64,000 nucleotides of DNA from positions 2,176,001 to 2,240,000 of the forward strand of contig OZ241889.1 in NCBI GenBank assembly GCA_965203355.1, read 5' to 3'. Both the position numbers and the translations under genes were made by a program. The DNA comes from Candidatus Latescibacterota bacterium. Its GTDB lineage: Bacteria; Latescibacterota; UBA2968; UBA8231. Positions 47,601 through 56,978 of the stretch are shown one piece after another. The notes under the pieces were generated by a model that saw only the letters and a program-made list of their open reading frames with translations, searched no databases and was not told the origin of the DNA. Position 1 is the stretch's first letter, and every line of letters begins with the position of its first letter.

Positions 47601-48629
47601 CTAGGCCGCGAGTTCGCCCTTGCGATAGGCGCGCAGGAAGGCGGCGCAGTACTCGTCGCGGCCCAGCAGCATGTCCTCGGCGAGTTGGTAGGGACGGGCT
47701 TGGCGGTCCGCGGCAAAGAGGTCGGCCAGTGAGGTAGTCGTCGGGTCCATGATCGCGCTGTCGGCACCGGCTTCGACGGCTAGCAGCAGGAAAACATCGT
47801 TGATCAAGTGGCGACAGGGCAGGCCGAAGGAGACGTTGGAGAAGCCGCCGGTAATGTGGACCTCGGCGCCCAATTCGCCGCGCAGTTGGCGGATGGCGTC
47901 AAAAGCGTGGTGGCCGAATTGTGCGTCAACCGAGATGGGGAAGATCAGGGGATCAATGTATAAGTCGGTGAGCGACAGCCCCAAGGCGAGGGCCTTGTCA
48001 ACCATTTGCCGGGCGTGATCGACCCGCTCTTGTGCATTTTGCGGCATGCCGGACTCGCCGGCCGCGGTGATGACGACTTGGGCGTTGTATCGTTTGGCCA
48101 GTGCCAGGGCTTCAGGCCGCTCTAAGGATGCGGAGTTGAGCAGTAGGCGTTGGGGGTGGTCGGCACCGGCTTCGAGGCCGACAGCGAGGGTGTCTAGCTG
48201 GGAGGAGTCAATGGCTAGGGGCGTGGTTGACAAGGCCGATACCGTCTGGACCAACCAACGCATGGCCTCTTGTTGCTCTATGGGCTTGATCGAGATCTCA
48301 TCGACATTGAGGTCGAGAAAATCGGTGCCGGCCGCTTCTTGACGCTGCACTTGGCGGCCGAGGTAGCCGAGGGCAGTCGCGTTGCCAAGCATGGCTTGTT
48401 GCACGGCGATCTTGAGGTGTTTGATGCGGCCTTCCTCGTAGTCTTGGGTTGTTTTGACTGCGGCGGGAATTTGGAGGAAGCAGCGCTTGTTGTCGGCGTC
48501 GCGGAAGCGCACGGATTCGGCGCCTTGGGGGTCTGGGCCGATGAGCTTGCCCTTGCGCAAGACGACGCGGGTGGTGTGGATGTTTTCGCCGATGACGACA
48601 AAGGGACGGCCCGTACCGGGGATGTTCAT
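47601..48629 (-). CDS. Pterin-binding methyltetrahydrofolate:corrinoid methyltransferase (AcsE-like)
   Basis: VIGENI, LDLNV, IDSS, LLNSA, DPLIFP, GFSNVSFGLP.R. Confidence 0.88.
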   Translation of the reverse strand: MNIPGTGRPFVVIGENIHTTRVVLRKGKLIGPDPQGAESVRFRDADNKRCFLQIPAAVKTTQDYEEGRIKHLKIAVQQAMLGNATALGYLGRQVQRQEAAGTDFLDLNVDEISIKPIEQQEAMRWLVQTVSALSTTPLAIDSSQLDTLAVGLEAGADHPQRLLLNSASLERPEALALAKRYNAQVVITAAGESGMPQNAQERVDHARQMVDKALALGLSLTDLYIDPLIFPISVDAQFGHHAFDAIRQLRGELGAEVHITGGFSNVSFGLPCRHLINDVFLLLAVEAGADSAIMDPTTTSLADLFAADRQARPYQLAEDMLLGRDEYCAAFLRAYRKGELAA

Positions 48630-48841
48630 AAGAGTTCCGTGTTTGTTTGTACGTGAAATGGGTGATTAAGACGGGCGTTGTTGCACGAAGCGGTGATCGC
48701 TTACAGTCTAAAAAAATAGGCGTTTGTACCCGTGCTTACAACCCCAACTAGCGCGTCGTAAGTCGGCTATTCCTGATACTGTCAGGGGCCAAGCAGAACG
48801 TCGCGTAGTATCTCTCGTCGTACTGCTTCGCTAGTCGCGTT

Positions 48842-50452
48842 TTACTGGGAATCTTTCTTGTTTCCCCGGTGATCTTTTTGCAAAAAGGCGTTGGTCCAAG
48901 CGCTGGTTCCTTGTAGGGCGGCGTCCTTGATAACGGCGCCGCCGCCGAGCATTTGCTCCTCTTCGCCATAGGCTTTGAGGCGGTCGTATGCCCGGGCCCA
49001 AATGCAGTCCTTGTCGCCGACTTCGCACTTGCCTTGGCGCGTACCACCGCAGGGGCCGTTGCGCTGGTTTTTGACGCACTGCGATTCCGGGCACAAATAG
49101 GCGATATCCGGCAGCGAGCAATCGCCGCAGTCGCGGCAGTCAAAAGCGGCGATTTTGAGCGCGTGCTCGGCCGCGTGGAAGAGCTGGGCGACTTTGGGCC
49201 GCTTGGTTAGAGCGCGGGCGAGTTGAGCACCGGCGCGAAAACCCGCGCTGTCGGGTGCAAAGACGCGGTCGTGGATGCGGCGATTTAGCTTGTAGCTCAG
49301 GGGTAGGCGAGTGCGTGCCTGGCGGCAGGCGGCTTGCTCCTTGGAGGCGCGGTAGGCGCGGTTGATGGTAGTAGAACTGAGCCCGGTGTCGCCTTGGGGT
49401 TCAAAAAAGTAGAATTCGTCGGCAAAGGAGAAGCAGAGTTCCTTGGCAAAATCGCGCCAATCGTCTTCCGAGTAGGTCGCTGCGAGCGCGAGGATTTTTT
49501 CGTAGTCGCCGTATTGTAGATGCCCGCCGAGATAAGCCCCCCGGTATCCGAGGCCCTTGGCGATGGCGTACTGCTTGGCGGCCAGTTCCAAGAAAAACGC
49601 CCGGCCCTTGTCGTTGGCTCGGGTCTGCCTTTCGACGACGGCCATCAGTTCGTCGGTGACTTCAACCCCGGGAATGTGGCCCTTGTGGAAGAAGCGCGCC
49701 GCCGACCGCGAAAGCACGTACACGTTGGCGATGACCGGGACCTCGAGACCGCACCAGGCCATGTATTTGAGCAACTCGTCCTGCTTGCGTGCGTCGTAGC
49801 CGATCTGGCTAATGACAAAAGCCGCGCCGACGTGGATTTTTTTGGCCAGCTTGAAGTATTGGGGCATGACTTCGCGCTCGTAGCGTTTGTGGTTGTTGAC
49901 TACGGCCCCCAGATAAAAATCCGTAGCCTCCATGCGCTGGCTCTGCTTGCCTTTTTTTATTTTTAGGCCCGCGTTCATGGCGGCGAACATTTCGAGCAGG
50001 CCGACCGAGTCGAGGTCGAAGACCCCACCGGCCGTGCCTTGATAGCCGCTGATGGGGTAGTCGCCGGATAGGGCGAGGATGTTGTTGAAGCCTTCGCTGG
50101 CCAGTTGCCAAGCGCGGCCTTGCAACGCGTTGCGGTTCCAGTCCTTGCAGGAGAGGTGGATGATGACGTCTTGGCCGCGCGAGATCAGGTCTGTGCCGAG
50201 GGTGTCTGGGTTGATCATGGCGTTGCCCCCGGGGTTGTCGGTGATGCTCAGGGCGTGGAATTGCGGGTGCTCGGCGAGGCGGCGGGCGAGGGCGAGGACC
50301 TGGCGGCCGTCGCGCTCGGTGATCAAGCCGCGCGAGGTCACTAACTCGACGATGTGGACGAAGGTGTCGGTGGCTTCGAGCAAATAGCGCAGAGGTTTCT
50401 TCTGCCAGGCACCCGAGTAGCGGGGGGGTGGATGGGGCGCGGTCCGGGACAT
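48842..50452 (-). CDS. metF: Methylenetetrahydrofolate reductase with C-terminal MetV-like Cys-rich domain
   Basis: ITDNPGG, HLSCKD.NR, LALSGD, ISQIGYD; CRDCGDC...CPESQCVK..RNGPCGG..CEV. Confidence 0.85.
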   Translation of the reverse strand: MSRTAPHPPPRYSGAWQKKPLRYLLEATDTFVHIVELVTSRGLITERDGRQVLALARRLAEHPQFHALSITDNPGGNAMINPDTLGTDLISRGQDVIIHLSCKDWNRNALQGRAWQLASEGFNNILALSGDYPISGYQGTAGGVFDLDSVGLLEMFAAMNAGLKIKKGKQSQRMEATDFYLGAVVNNHKRYEREVMPQYFKLAKKIHVGAAFVISQIGYDARKQDELLKYMAWCGLEVPVIANVYVLSRSAARFFHKGHIPGVEVTDELMAVVERQTRANDKGRAFFLELAAKQYAIAKGLGYRGAYLGGHLQYGDYEKILALAATYSEDDWRDFAKELCFSFADEFYFFEPQGDTGLSSTTINRAYRASKEQAACRQARTRLPLSYKLNRRIHDRVFAPDSAGFRAGAQLARALTKRPKVAQLFHAAEHALKIAAFDCRDCGDCSLPDIAYLCPESQCVKNQRNGPCGGTRQGKCEVGDKDCIWARAYDRLKAYGEEEQMLGGGAVIKDAALQGTSAWTNAFLQKDHRGNKKDSQ

Positions 50453-50454
50453 GG

Positions 50455-52347
50455 CTAAAGTGCGGCGGGCATGGGTTTGAATTGGCAGCCCTCGACGAAA
50501 AGTTCAAAAAAGTCCGGGGTCGTCTCCAGCTCGACGTGCTCGACGCGCTTGGCCAACGCTTCGATGTGGGCGCGTTTGCTGGCCGAAAGGAGTACTTCGC
50601 GGGCTCCTTGAACGGCGGCATTGCCTACCTTGGCGATGCGCGTTGTAGGCACCGGGGCCAAAAAGCCAATGTCGATGGCCGCTTGGACATCGACGTAGTT
50701 GGCAAAGCCACCGGCGAGGTAGAGCTGTTGCACGTCGCTTGGGTTTAGGCCCAAGGTCCGCAAGACGATGTACTGGCCGCAGAAATTGGCGGCTTTGGCT
50801 TGGGCGAGGTTGGACGCGTCGAGACGCGAGAAAGTGATGCCGCGCTCGGGGACTAGCTCAAACTGGCGTTTTTTGGCGGCGAATACGCCCTTGGGCGTCA
50901 TCAAGTCGTGGCGGCGCAACTCGGCGAGGAGGTCGATCAGCCCGGAGCCACACAGTCCCACCGGCGCGGTGTCGCCGATGGTGGCCCACTGCCAGCGTGC
51001 GCCGTCCCAGCGGATGGATTCAATGGCTCCGTCGCAGCCGGGCATCCCGTAGGTGATACCGCCGCCCTCAAAGGCCGGGCCGGCCGGGCAAGAGGCCGCG
51101 ACGAGGCGGCCTTGGTGCGCGACGACGACTTCGGTGTTGGTGCCTACATCGACTAGCATCGCGCACTCGCTGGCCAGGTCCATATCGACGGCGACTAAGT
51201 CGGCGGCTACGTCCGCGCCGACGTGGCTGGCGATCAGCGGCAGCGAGTACGCGCGCGCTTTGGGATTGGCCTTCAGGCCGAGGCGGCGGGTTTTTTCGAC
51301 TAGGCTGGTCGCGGTGCGTTCGCCGTTTAGGTATGCGTGCTCAATGCGCGATTTGTAGGGCTTTTGGCCGATGCTCTGCACGTCGAGGCGGAAGAGGATA
51401 TCGCGCATCGTCGAGTTGCCAGCGACCGCGATCTCGTAAATCGCCTGCCGCACAAAGCCGCCGCGCTGGCATAGGCCGGCGATCTCGTGGTTGAGTGCTT
51501 TGACTAGGGCTTGGCGCAGCTCGCCGGGGTGTTGCCCGTCGTAGGAAATGCGGTGCATGATGTCGCTGCCACCAAAGCGCTGTGGGTTTTCAAATGCGCT
51601 CAAATGCACGCTCTCGCCCGTCTCCAGATCGACTAAGTCGAGGACAATGGTGGTGGTGCCCAAGTCGATGGCTAAGCCGTAGAGGTGGCCGCGGTATTGG
51701 TCGATTTCCTCGTCGCCGTAGTAGATGGATTGCCCGCGCCGCTGGACTACGGGGTCGATAGCGGTGGGTCGATCCAAGGTCTGGGTCAGTATGCGAGGCG
51801 TGCGAAAAAGCGGTGCGAACTCGATATCGACATCCGCGTCCTCGACTTTAGCTTGGCAGGCGAGCCGGAACTCACCGCCGAGGAAGTCTTCGGCTGGCGT
51901 GGGTGCGCTGAGGGCTTGTGCGCCCCTTGTGACCTCGACGATGCACTCGTGGCAATGGCCCGTGCGTCCGCAGGAGGTGGGGACGCGGGCACCGAGTTGA
52001 TCCGCGTAGTCAAAGAGGGTGCCGCCGACCGACAGCGGATAGGAGGTGCCGTCGCTGCGGATTTGCCCGCGGCCGGGGGTGGCCGGACGTGGGTCCGTCT
52101 CCCAGGCCGAGCGGTAGTCGAGCTGGTCGTCACTGCCACACTGGAACAGCCCGCCCGACTCTTTTGGCTTGCGCTGGTTGCGGCAACCGAAATGAGCGGT
52201 GCATTGGTCGAAGCGGTTCTTGTACGGGCAGCGAAAGGTCGCCTGCACGTCGGCATGGGTGGCGATGCCCGCGAGGATGCCCGACAGGCGGTCGAGACGC
52301 TTTTGGTACTCTTGGGGGTCGATTTGGGTCATTGGGCGGAGCGTCAT
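50455..52347 (-). CDS. ASKHA-domain corrinoid reductive activator (RACE/DUF4445) with 2Fe-2S domain
   Basis: SCGRTGHCHEC, RLACQ, IDLGTTT, NPQRFGGSD, DVGTNTE, GPAFEG, GLCGSG, LAGGF. Confidence 0.9.
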   Translation of the reverse strand: MTLRPMTQIDPQEYQKRLDRLSGILAGIATHADVQATFRCPYKNRFDQCTAHFGCRNQRKPKESGGLFQCGSDDQLDYRSAWETDPRPATPGRGQIRSDGTSYPLSVGGTLFDYADQLGARVPTSCGRTGHCHECIVEVTRGAQALSAPTPAEDFLGGEFRLACQAKVEDADVDIEFAPLFRTPRILTQTLDRPTAIDPVVQRRGQSIYYGDEEIDQYRGHLYGLAIDLGTTTIVLDLVDLETGESVHLSAFENPQRFGGSDIMHRISYDGQHPGELRQALVKALNHEIAGLCQRGGFVRQAIYEIAVAGNSTMRDILFRLDVQSIGQKPYKSRIEHAYLNGERTATSLVEKTRRLGLKANPKARAYSLPLIASHVGADVAADLVAVDMDLASECAMLVDVGTNTEVVVAHQGRLVAASCPAGPAFEGGGITYGMPGCDGAIESIRWDGARWQWATIGDTAPVGLCGSGLIDLLAELRRHDLMTPKGVFAAKKRQFELVPERGITFSRLDASNLAQAKAANFCGQYIVLRTLGLNPSDVQQLYLAGGFANYVDVQAAIDIGFLAPVPTTRIAKVGNAAVQGAREVLLSASKRAHIEALAKRVEHVELETTPDFFELFVEGCQFKPMPAAL

Positions 52348-52412
52348 TATCGTTCAATCGCCCCAGGATGCGTGGGCCGGATGGTGCGTTTTTGCTCATT
52401 CGCGATAGCCAT
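52347..52412 (-). pseudogene. higA: HigA antitoxin N-terminal remnant
   Basis: MAIANEQKRTIRPTHPGAIER*, truncated just after the RPTHPG motif. Confidence 0.6.
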
Positions 52413-52424
52413 TACAGCCTCTCT

Positions 52425-52665
52425 TTAATGATAATCTGTGATCGCCAAGTCGTAGGCGGCCCGTTGACAAAGCGAAAGCAGATACGCCACTGGTCGTTGA
52501 TGGATATGGAGGGTTGGCCTTGGCGATTCCCCTTCAAGGAATGTAGACGATTGCCGAGCGGGACGAGCAAGTCGTTCAAGGTCTGAGCAAGATCAATGTA
52601 CTCTAATCGCCGCATAGCTCTTTGAATTAGATCGGATTGTCCTTCTGTATAGACCCTGTGTTTAT
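52425..52665 (-). pseudogene. higB: HigB/RelE toxin remnant (frameshifted, 5' end degraded)
   Basis: LNDL.VP..NRLH.LKG.R.GQ.SISINDQWRICFRF; terminal AITDYH* lies in another frame. Confidence 0.78.
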
Positions 52666-52683
52666 CCTAGTCGCTGGAGCGTT

Positions 52684-53430
52684 TCACGGCTCGCTCAGCA
52701 GGTCCTTGGCCAAGGCCACGCAGGCGAGAGCGTCCTTGCCGTAGCCATCGGCACCCATGTCGTCGGCAAATTCTTGGGTTACAGGTGCGCCGCCGACCAT
52801 GATTCTGACGTCGTCGCGCAAGTCGGCGTCGATGAAGGCCTCGATGGTCTTGCCCATGTTGGGCATCGTGGTGGTCAACAGGGCCGACATGCCCAAAAGC
52901 GGAGCTTGGTGTTCTTCGACAGCGTCGATGAACTCGTCTGCGGAGGTATCGACGCCTAGGTCGTGGACGACGAAGCCAGCCCCGCGCAGCATCATGATGC
53001 ACAAGTTTTTGCCGATGTCGTGTAGATCGCCCTTGACCGTGCCCATGATTACAACGCCGATGGGCTCGACGCCCGAGGCCGAGAGAATAGGCTCGATGTG
53101 GGCCATACCGGCCTTCATGGCGCGGGCACAGGCCAATACTTCGGGGACGAAGATGAAGTTTTCGCGGAATTTGATACCGACGATGGCCATGCCGGCGATC
53201 AGCCCGTCGTCCATGACTTCGAGGGCCTCCACGCCCGCGGCAATAGCTTGGCTGGTCTGCTCATCGACTGTTTGGTGGTCGCCGTCAATGAGGGCCGCGG
53301 CGATGTCCTGCATCGGTTCGCTGGCTTGGGCAAAGAGATTGGTGATGCGCTCGCGCTCTTCGTCGCGCTCGATAAACTCTTCGATCTCGTCGCGGATAAA
53401 TTCATTGGCGATGTCGTTAATGTCTGCCAT
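52684..53430 (-). CDS. Corrinoid (B12-binding) protein
   Basis: FVPEVL, GTVKGDLHDIGKNL, SALLTTT, MVGGAP. Confidence 0.95.
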   Translation of the reverse strand: MADINDIANEFIRDEIEEFIERDEERERITNLFAQASEPMQDIAAALIDGDHQTVDEQTSQAIAAGVEALEVMDDGLIAGMAIVGIKFRENFIFVPEVLACARAMKAGMAHIEPILSASGVEPIGVVIMGTVKGDLHDIGKNLCIMMLRGAGFVVHDLGVDTSADEFIDAVEEHQAPLLGMSALLTTTMPNMGKTIEAFIDADLRDDVRIMVGGAPVTQEFADDMGADGYGKDALACVALAKDLLSEP

Positions 53431-53451
53431 AGGGTCTCTTCTTTTCTTCTT

Positions 53452-54486
53452 TTAGTTGTGCGCTTGGTCGCGGTGCCACTCGGACACCGTGCGGGGAATG
53501 GCCTTGAGGTTTTCGATGGCAGTCTGCAAGGGGATGGCGCACTCTGGGCCGATGAGCTGGACGCCGGCTTCGAGATTGCGCACGACTTCTGCGCCGACGG
53601 CTTCCGGGCCTTTGGCAAAGAGGGTCTCCGGGTTGTTGATGTTGCCGACCAACGAGATGCGGTCGCGCACGATTTGGGTGGATTCTTCGGGCGTGTTCTT
53701 GGAATCGAAGTGGAACGCCGCCATGCCAGTTTGGGCGATGTACTCCATGCGGTCAACTGTGCGTCCGCAGATGTGGAGGATGATGGGCACGGATAGCCGC
53801 TCGGCAAACTCGATGTGCAAGTCGCGCAGGTAGCGCTTGTAGTACTCGCCGCTGACGAGGTCGCCCGTGGCGTGGTCGGGTAGGGTCAACGCGTCGGCAC
53901 CGGCTTCGATCTGTGCCTGCCCAAACTCAATGGTGATCTCCTTCATGCGGTCGAGACAGAGCTTGGTCTTGCCGGGATCGTCGAGTGATAGCAGCAGAAA
54001 AGGCTCGACTCCAAAGCAATGGTAGCCCAGCGACCAAGGCCCCATGGTCTTGCCGACGATGGCGACTTCGTCGCCGTATTCCCGGCGCAGAATTTTGATC
54101 GCCTCGGTGACGCAGGCCGTGTCGGGGTGAGTGCAGAGGTCGGCGGGGACTTGGATGTCGTCTGGCTCGTGCCAGATCGGTTCGCTCATGCGGACCGTGG
54201 GCCAGTTGTCCTTTTGCTCCCACTGGATTTTGCACCCGAGGGCCGAGGACTCTTGAATGATGGTGAAGACCGGCATGATGGTGTCAAAGCCCAGTTCGGT
54301 GTAGCCGGTGGCGGCCAGCCGTGCCATGAGTTCAGGCTCGCGGTTGGCCGCGGGGAAGGGCGCATCGACGAGGTCCATTAATTCGACGGTGGCCACCGAG
54401 GTCGGGTTGCAGAGTGGGGTGCGGTCCACAGGCTCGCGGGCGAGAGCGGCGAGGACGCGCTCGCGACTGGTCATCGAAAAAGGCAT
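53452..54486 (-). CDS. MtaA/CmuA (URO-D-like) methylcobalamin methyltransferase
   Basis: MTSRER, GPWS, LHICG, GNINN, GPEC Zn ligands. Confidence 0.88.
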   Translation of the reverse strand: MPFSMTSRERVLAALAREPVDRTPLCNPTSVATVELMDLVDAPFPAANREPELMARLAATGYTELGFDTIMPVFTIIQESSALGCKIQWEQKDNWPTVRMSEPIWHEPDDIQVPADLCTHPDTACVTEAIKILRREYGDEVAIVGKTMGPWSLGYHCFGVEPFLLLSLDDPGKTKLCLDRMKEITIEFGQAQIEAGADALTLPDHATGDLVSGEYYKRYLRDLHIEFAERLSVPIILHICGRTVDRMEYIAQTGMAAFHFDSKNTPEESTQIVRDRISLVGNINNPETLFAKGPEAVGAEVVRNLEAGVQLIGPECAIPLQTAIENLKAIPRTVSEWHRDQAHN

Positions 54487-54497
54487 GATAGACTCCT

Positions 54498-55139
54498 TTA
54501 TTCTCGGGCGCTAGGGGCGGCGAGGACGCCGCGGCTGGCCATGGCTTCGGCTTCGCGCACGGCGATGCGCACGTTGGGGGCGCGGACGAGCAACAGGCCG
54601 ATTAAGGCGTCGTGGGCATGGCCGCAGCCAAAGCGGACTTGGTTGGGTTGGTCGGCGACTTCCTCCATTTCGCCGAGGCGGATTAGGCCGCGGGCGATAG
54701 TGGTGACGCGGCGTTGTGCGCCGGGCACTTGTTCGGTGGCGCGGGCCTCGTACAAACCCTGCCCGAGACTGGCGACGGCGATGGAGGTGTTGGCCTTGTT
54801 GTCGAAAATGTGCAGCGGACGCGGCTGAGGGTCGAGCGCTGGATCGAGCTTGCAGACCTCGAGAAAAAGCCGCTTGACGGCGAACAGATGCGCGTGGCCG
54901 CAGGGGAAGCGGAGCAGGCCGTCGCTGGTTTGTTCCATGCCGCCGAGCACCTGCATGGCGGCCGCGACCCCGGCGACGCGCTCGGCGGCCCCGGGGAGAT
55001 GGCTATAGGTGTGGACTTGGTAGGCGGGGGCGTGGTCCGGGCTAGGGCCATAGAGGGCGATGGAGATGTCGTAAAAGTGGGGATCCATGGAGACCAACTC
55101 TATGCGCGGGCCGAGGTCCAAAGTCTGTGTCATCTGCAT
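54498..55139 (-). CDS. Hypothetical protein with two F-x-CGHAH motifs
   Basis: First gene of the methyl-transfer operon; GAGGA RBS. Confidence 0.7.
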   Translation of the reverse strand: MQMTQTLDLGPRIELVSMDPHFYDISIALYGPSPDHAPAYQVHTYSHLPGAAERVAGVAAAMQVLGGMEQTSDGLLRFPCGHAHLFAVKRLFLEVCKLDPALDPQPRPLHIFDNKANTSIAVASLGQGLYEARATEQVPGAQRRVTTIARGLIRLGEMEEVADQPNQVRFGCGHAHDALIGLLLVRAPNVRIAVREAEAMASRGVLAAPSARE

Positions 55140-55192
55140 TTCCTCTTGACAGCAAAACGTTAAGTTGAGTACTGTTTTGGACAAAATAGCTA

Positions 55193-55205
55193 ATGGTCAG
55201 ACCAT
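55193..55205. promoter_or_regulatory. GntR/FadR-type operator
   Basis: Palindrome ATGGTCAGACCAT (TGGT-N3-ACCA) between the divergent genes. Confidence 0.75.
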
Positions 55206-55276
55206 CGGCAAATATTTTCCGCCATCCGCGATCGAGTACCTTGGCCCACTTTAACAAAAAAGCCGCCGCCACGGCC

Positions 55277-55990
55277 ATGCGCCCGGTGCAGCGCACATCC
55301 GTCAGTGACGCGATTATCGCGCAGATAACGGACTTAATCGAGCGCAACATTCTCAAGCCCGGCGACAGGCTGCCGCCAGAGCGGGAGTTGTGCAAGCGCT
55401 TTCAGGTTGGGCGCTCCTCGCTGCGCGAAGCCCTGCGCTCGCTATCCATGATGGGCCTGCTCGACGGCCGCGTGGGCGAGGGCACATTTGTCTGTGACAA
55501 GGGCCAATACGTGGAGCGGGCGTTGCAGTGGGGTTTTTTACTCGATGGCAAGAAACTCCAAGACCTGAGCGAGACGCGGATGATGCTCGAGTCGCAAAAC
55601 GCCTATTTGGCGGCTGAGCGGGCCACCCCCGAGGATTTGACGGCCATGGCCGACGCGCTGGCCGGCATGGCCGGAGGGCTGGCCGACGAGGGACGCTTTC
55701 TCGCTAGCGATTTGCAGTTCCACCTCCTGATTGCCCGGGCCACGCATAATTCCATCCTCTACAGCTTGCTCGAGACCACGCGCAACTATCTCCAAGCATG
55801 GATCGAGAAAAGCTTGGCCGAGCCGTCTCTGGCTGGCCCCCGGGCCGAACTGTCGCTGGCCGAGCACCAGCAGATCCTAACGGCATTAAAGCGGCGGGAC
55901 GCGGAGGCTGCACGGCAGGCGATGGCAGCGCACATCCGCTCTAGTAGCGGAGATTTGCAGCGGACTAGCCGTCAATCAGGGTCCGATTGA
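55277..55990 (+). CDS. GntR family, FadR-subfamily regulator
   Basis: LKPGDRLPPEREL...VGRSSLREAL; FCD domain D.QFH...HN...EH. Confidence 0.93.
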   Translation: MRPVQRTSVSDAIIAQITDLIERNILKPGDRLPPERELCKRFQVGRSSLREALRSLSMMGLLDGRVGEGTFVCDKGQYVERALQWGFLLDGKKLQDLSETRMMLESQNAYLAAERATPEDLTAMADALAGMAGGLADEGRFLASDLQFHLLIARATHNSILYSLLETTRNYLQAWIEKSLAEPSLAGPRAELSLAEHQQILTALKRRDAEAARQAMAAHIRSSSGDLQRTSRQSGSD

Positions 55991-56969
55991 CGAATTCGGT
56001 GACCTCCTCGATTTGCTCCAACCCGGTTAAAATCAAGCTCTGGGCGATGCGCCGCGAGAGGCCGACGAGGCGCTCGTCTTCGAGCGCGACTGGCTGGCGG
56101 CCATCGGTCGCGCTCAATAGCAGGCAGCCGAGATCGCGCACGGCTTGGTGTTTGACTTCCTCGACTTTCTTGTAGTTCGCGCTCTGAAAATAGCTGTTCC
56201 AGAATACATTGACGGCCTCTAAATAGGCGGCTTTTTGGGCGGTATTCTGCATGGCCTTGATGCACATATCGGCCGTGTAGAAGGCGAGGTCAAAGGCGGG
56301 GTAGCCGTAGTGGGCGGTGGCAAAATCAACCCAATAGGGATGGCCGTTGGCGACCCATATATTGCGGGGCCGCAAGTCGCCTAAGACGAGGCAAAATCCC
56401 TCTTTGAGCAAGCGGTTGGTGTGGACGGCAATGGCCTTTTTGAGGTCGGGATAGGTGTTGGTGATGTAGTTGTAGTGCGGGTCGATGCGCAGTTGCTCAA
56501 ATACCTTAGTGGATTCAAACTCGTCGGCGACCTCGGACGAGTCGGCGGTCTCGTTGTGGACCGTGGCTAGCAGTTCGCCGCACTGGACGGCGATTTGCAG
56601 GTCGATGCGGCCATTGACCAAGTCGCTCTCCCACGACAGGGCGTTGTGCGGCGGTGGGGTTGTCACGAGGATGAAGTTCGTGCGGTCTTCGAGCAGGACT
56701 TCCGGCAAGATCTCGGGATCGAGGAATTGCGCTAAGCGCTCAATGCAGCTTTTCTCGGCGAAGATGCGCCGCCGATCGATCCACCAGCGTCCCTTGATTT
56801 GGGCGCGCGAGTGCGCCTGCTTGACGATCCAAGATCGATTGGCAGCTTCTACGTAGTACACCCGGTTTTTTAGCCCGTCACTCAAGCTCTGGACGCGGAC
56901 CGGCCCCTCGTCATCGAGCAGTTTTTTGCGTTTCAGATAATTGGATATAGCCTTTTTCTCTAGGTTCAT
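55965..56969 (-). CDS. APH / methylthioribose kinase-like phosphotransferase
   Basis: IVKQ, LATVH, GDLRPRNI, VDF, GYPAFD. Confidence 0.75.
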   Translation of the reverse strand: MNLEKKAISNYLKRKKLLDDEGPVRVQSLSDGLKNRVYYVEAANRSWIVKQAHSRAQIKGRWWIDRRRIFAEKSCIERLAQFLDPEILPEVLLEDRTNFILVTTPPPHNALSWESDLVNGRIDLQIAVQCGELLATVHNETADSSEVADEFESTKVFEQLRIDPHYNYITNTYPDLKKAIAVHTNRLLKEGFCLVLGDLRPRNIWVANGHPYWVDFATAHYGYPAFDLAFYTADMCIKAMQNTAQKAAYLEAVNVFWNSYFQSANYKKVEEVKHQAVRDLGCLLLSATDGRQPVALEDERLVGLSRRIAQSLILTGLEQIEEVTEFVNRTLIDG

Positions 56970-56978
56970 GGGCTTCTC

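Noticed and set aside
47601-54486. Wood-Ljungdahl pathway
   Set aside because: No CODH/ACS or CoFeSP subunits present
55140-55276. Cobalamin or SAM riboswitch upstream of the methyl operon
   Set aside because: No recognisable B12-box or SAM motifs; the short region is explained by divergent promoters and the FadR operator
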